A stretch of 64,000 bases of DNA, from contig JAGZSF010000007.1 of NCBI GenBank assembly GCA_018381235.1, positions 8,423-72,422 of the forward strand, in the 5' to 3' direction. Positions 62,164 to 64,000 of the stretch are shown here, piece by piece. Source of the stretch: Collinsella sp. (GTDB lineage Bacteria; Actinomycetota; Coriobacteriia; Coriobacteriales; Coriobacteriaceae). The translations under genes and the position numbers were made by a program. The notes under the pieces were generated by a model that ran no database searches, was not told the origin of the DNA, and saw nothing but the letters and a program-made list of their open reading frames with translations. Within the stretch, counting starts at the first letter, position 1; each line of letters opens with the position of its first letter.

Positions 62164-63162
62164 ATGTCCGACTATCAGGGAAAGCGTTTTTCGGCTTCTC
62201 GGATTCCCGATCCAGCCAAGTCGGGAGCAGCCCGCGTGCCGCAGCAGGGTCGGATATCCTCTCCTCAGCAGCCACGCGCGCCGCGTCCCGTGACGCCGGC
62301 GAAGCATCGTCGTCAGGATGCACCTACTGCATATCGCCCTTCGTCATACAGCACGGCCAAGAAGTCACCTCGCTCTTCGGCGCATGCCGCGCCATCGAGC
62401 TATACTGAGCCGCCGCGCAAAAAGCGCCGCTCCGTCATTCCCATTCTGCTCATCATCATCGGCATTGGCCTGATCGTTGCTGCGGCCGCCATCTTTATCA
62501 ACGCACAGATTGGCTACAAGCAGGCGAGCGAGTCATATCAAAAAATCGAAAAGCAATATGTGAGCGACAAGGACGCCAGCGGCGTGCCGGTTATCGACTT
62601 CAATGCGCTTGCCCAGACAAATCCCGAGGTTGTTGGTTGGATTTACGCGCCCGGCACTAACATCAACTACCCCGTGGTGCAGACCAACAACAACTCCAAG
62701 TACCTCAACACGCTGTTCGACGGCACCGCCAATGCCTCGGGAGCCATCTTCTTGGATAGCGACGACACCGCGCCGGGCATGGTGGATCAGCAGACCACGA
62801 TTTACGGTCATCATATGAACGACGGTTCGATGTTCAACGTGATTTCGGATACAACCGATCAGGCGACGTTCGACAGCATGGAATACGTGTACTACATCAC
62901 GCGCGATGCGACGTATAAGTTGCGCCCGCTGGCGACCAAGGTGGTCGAGGACACGTATGCCAAGGCGCGCACGCCCAACTTTGAGGGCGATGACGGACTG
63001 AAGAATTACCTGTCCGAGATGCTCGACGATTCCTCTGCCGTGGCGAGTGATGCCACCGATCGTGTCGCTTCGGCAACCAAGGTCGTAACGCTTGTGACCT
63101 GTCGTTCGCTGTCATTTAGCAATACGCGCGCAGTCATGGTGCTCACGCCGGTCGAGGAATAA
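62164..63162 (+). CDS. srtB: class B sortase with a ~100-aa Pro/Ser/Arg-rich N-terminal cytoplasmic extension
   Basis: AAGGAG ribosome-binding site. TM anchor VIPILLIIIGIGLIVAAAAIFI. Class-B-like VVGWIYAPGTNINYPVVQTNNNSKYLNTLFDG...GAIFLD. Active-site His in TIYGHHM. Catalytic Cys in VVTLVTCRS (TLxTC). Confidence 0.8.
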   Translation: MSDYQGKRFSASRIPDPAKSGAARVPQQGRISSPQQPRAPRPVTPAKHRRQDAPTAYRPSSYSTAKKSPRSSAHAAPSSYTEPPRKKRRSVIPILLIIIGIGLIVAAAAIFINAQIGYKQASESYQKIEKQYVSDKDASGVPVIDFNALAQTNPEVVGWIYAPGTNINYPVVQTNNNSKYLNTLFDGTANASGAIFLDSDDTAPGMVDQQTTIYGHHMNDGSMFNVISDTTDQATFDSMEYVYYITRDATYKLRPLATKVVEDTYAKARTPNFEGDDGLKNYLSEMLDDSSAVASDATDRVASATKVVTLVTCRSLSFSNTRAVMVLTPVEE

Positions 63163-63217
63163 AGTGTCCGGGAGTCCCGTCCCAAAAAGACTACCCCGGA
63201 AATCAAAAGGAGAAATG

Positions 63218-63634
63218 ATGCTTGAAAGTGGCAAATCGATGCCTTCGGTTGATGCCTGGCTGCGCGAAGCCAAGGCCGATGTTTCGGCGGCTGATTGTGG
63301 GATGTACCTGACACACAATGGCGTGGTGCGTGCGACGCCTAAGTCCGAGGTGCGTGGGGTCGAGACAGATGGTGTGGCGCCTGGACATAAGGTGGGCGGC
63401 ATGGTGTTTGGCTTCGATGCCGAAAAGGTGCAGGCTGCTATCGAGGCAACGCGCGCGATGCCGGGTATCGGCTATGTGCGCGTGTGGCTGGCGAGCGGCG
63501 AGCTTACCGTGGGCGACGACATCATGCTCGTACTCATTGGCGGAGACATTCGCCCGCATGTGGTCGACGCACTTCAGAAGCTTGTCGGCACCATCAAAAA
63601 TGAGTGTGTGAGCGAGGTCGAGCGCGAGGCATAG
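63218..63634 (+). CDS. MoaE-like (molybdopterin synthase large subunit family) protein, tentative
   Basis: AAAGGAG ribosome-binding site. The pattern YLTHNGVVR...GYVRVWLASGELTVGDDIMLVLIGGDIRPHVVDALQKLVGTIKNE resembles MoaE (FTGKVR...RVTVIHRIGELWPGDEIVFVGVTSAHR...LK). Assignment is by pattern only. Confidence 0.4.
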   Translation: MLESGKSMPSVDAWLREAKADVSAADCGMYLTHNGVVRATPKSEVRGVETDGVAPGHKVGGMVFGFDAEKVQAAIEATRAMPGIGYVRVWLASGELTVGDDIMLVLIGGDIRPHVVDALQKLVGTIKNECVSEVEREA

Positions 63635-63667
63635 GACCTTGCGATCAATTCAAGTCCATCTACAGCA

Positions 63668-63710
63668 AAAGCCCACTGGCAGTTCAATCAGTCTGACAGC
63701 GGGCTTTTCT
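63668..63710. terminator. bidirectional terminator between convergent genes
   Basis: AAAAGCCCACTGGCAG-ttcaatcagt-CTGACAGCGGGCTTTT, an imperfect 12-bp stem flanked by A4 and T4. Confidence 0.45.
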
Positions 63711-63741
63711 ATGCGTTGGAAAATCTCGGCATTGCGTGGCG

Positions 63742-64000
63742 CTACACGCGCGTCGCATCCTTGGGGCTCATGGTCATGCTCTGGAAGCGGTTCTCCATGT
63801 AGTCGTTATCGAAATACTTGCCGTAGAACTGCGCGACGGGAATATCCGGCTCCGTGCCGTTGACGCGCTGGTACCAGTAGTCGAGCGACTGCAGCGTCAT
63901 GATGCCGTCGACCAGCATAATGACGGTAAAGATGACGGTAGCCGAGTAGCGACTCTTCCACGGAATCATGTTGATGAGCTTGAGCAGCCTCGGCAGCAGC
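63742..64000 (-). CDS. C-terminal part of a membrane protein (5' end beyond window), hypothetical
   Basis: The minus-strand ORF stays open to the window edge: ...LLPRLLKLINMIPWKSRYSATVIFTVIMLVDGIMTLQSLDYWYQRVNG... Confidence 0.4.
   Translation of the reverse strand, partial: LLPRLLKLINMIPWKSRYSATVIFTVIMLVDGIMTLQSLDYWYQRVNGTEPDIPVAQFYGKYFDNDYMENRFQSMTMSPKDATRV

Overview
This is a high-GC (about 60-65%) Gram-positive chromosomal window spanning the replication origin. The gene order parB-parA-rsmG-jag-yidC-yidD-rnpA-rpmH-[extra gene]-dnaA-dnaN-recF-DUF721-gyrB-gyrA-tRNA-Ile/Ala resembles Mycobacterium and other Actinomycetota; assignment to Coriobacteriia is my inference. Most of the window is housekeeping: purB, ddl, rlmN, the S6-SSB-S18-L9 operon, dnaB, purA, purD, carAB, purE, typA and seven tRNAs.

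The non-routine content is as follows.
1. A gene with no named family: an anti-sigma-kinase-like GHKL ATPase joined by a long Q/P/Y-rich disordered linker to a winged-helix domain. It sits between rpmH and dnaA, ends 15 nt before the dnaA start, and is flanked by a conserved repeated motif that recurs in the dnaA-dnaN spacer.
2. Two very large LPXTG-type surface proteins. One is a thioester-domain (TQxA) adhesin with a Cna B stalk. The other is a 2,100-aa GH31 glycosidase with FN3, discoidin, dockerin-like and FIVAR modules. The GH31 gene carries a frameshift near its 5' end and lies between 43-bp direct repeats 6.9 kb apart, next to a 660-bp AT-rich tract.
3. An M28-like membrane pseudo-peptidase interrupted by about 580 aa of acidic disordered sequence.
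4. A PafB/PafC-like pair of WYL regulators convergent with an exonuclease-DinG helicase gene.
5. Several tRNA-derived repeats: arrayed copies of the tRNA-Gly 3' end, and a 142-nt tRNA-Ser-like element inverted relative to an intact tRNA-Ser.
6. Three perfect parS sites, a PyrR-like hairpin over the carA ribosome-binding site, and several long GC-rich palindromes.

I found no CRISPR array, integrase or transposase. Coordinates were read by hand from the printed sequence and may be off by 1-2 nt.
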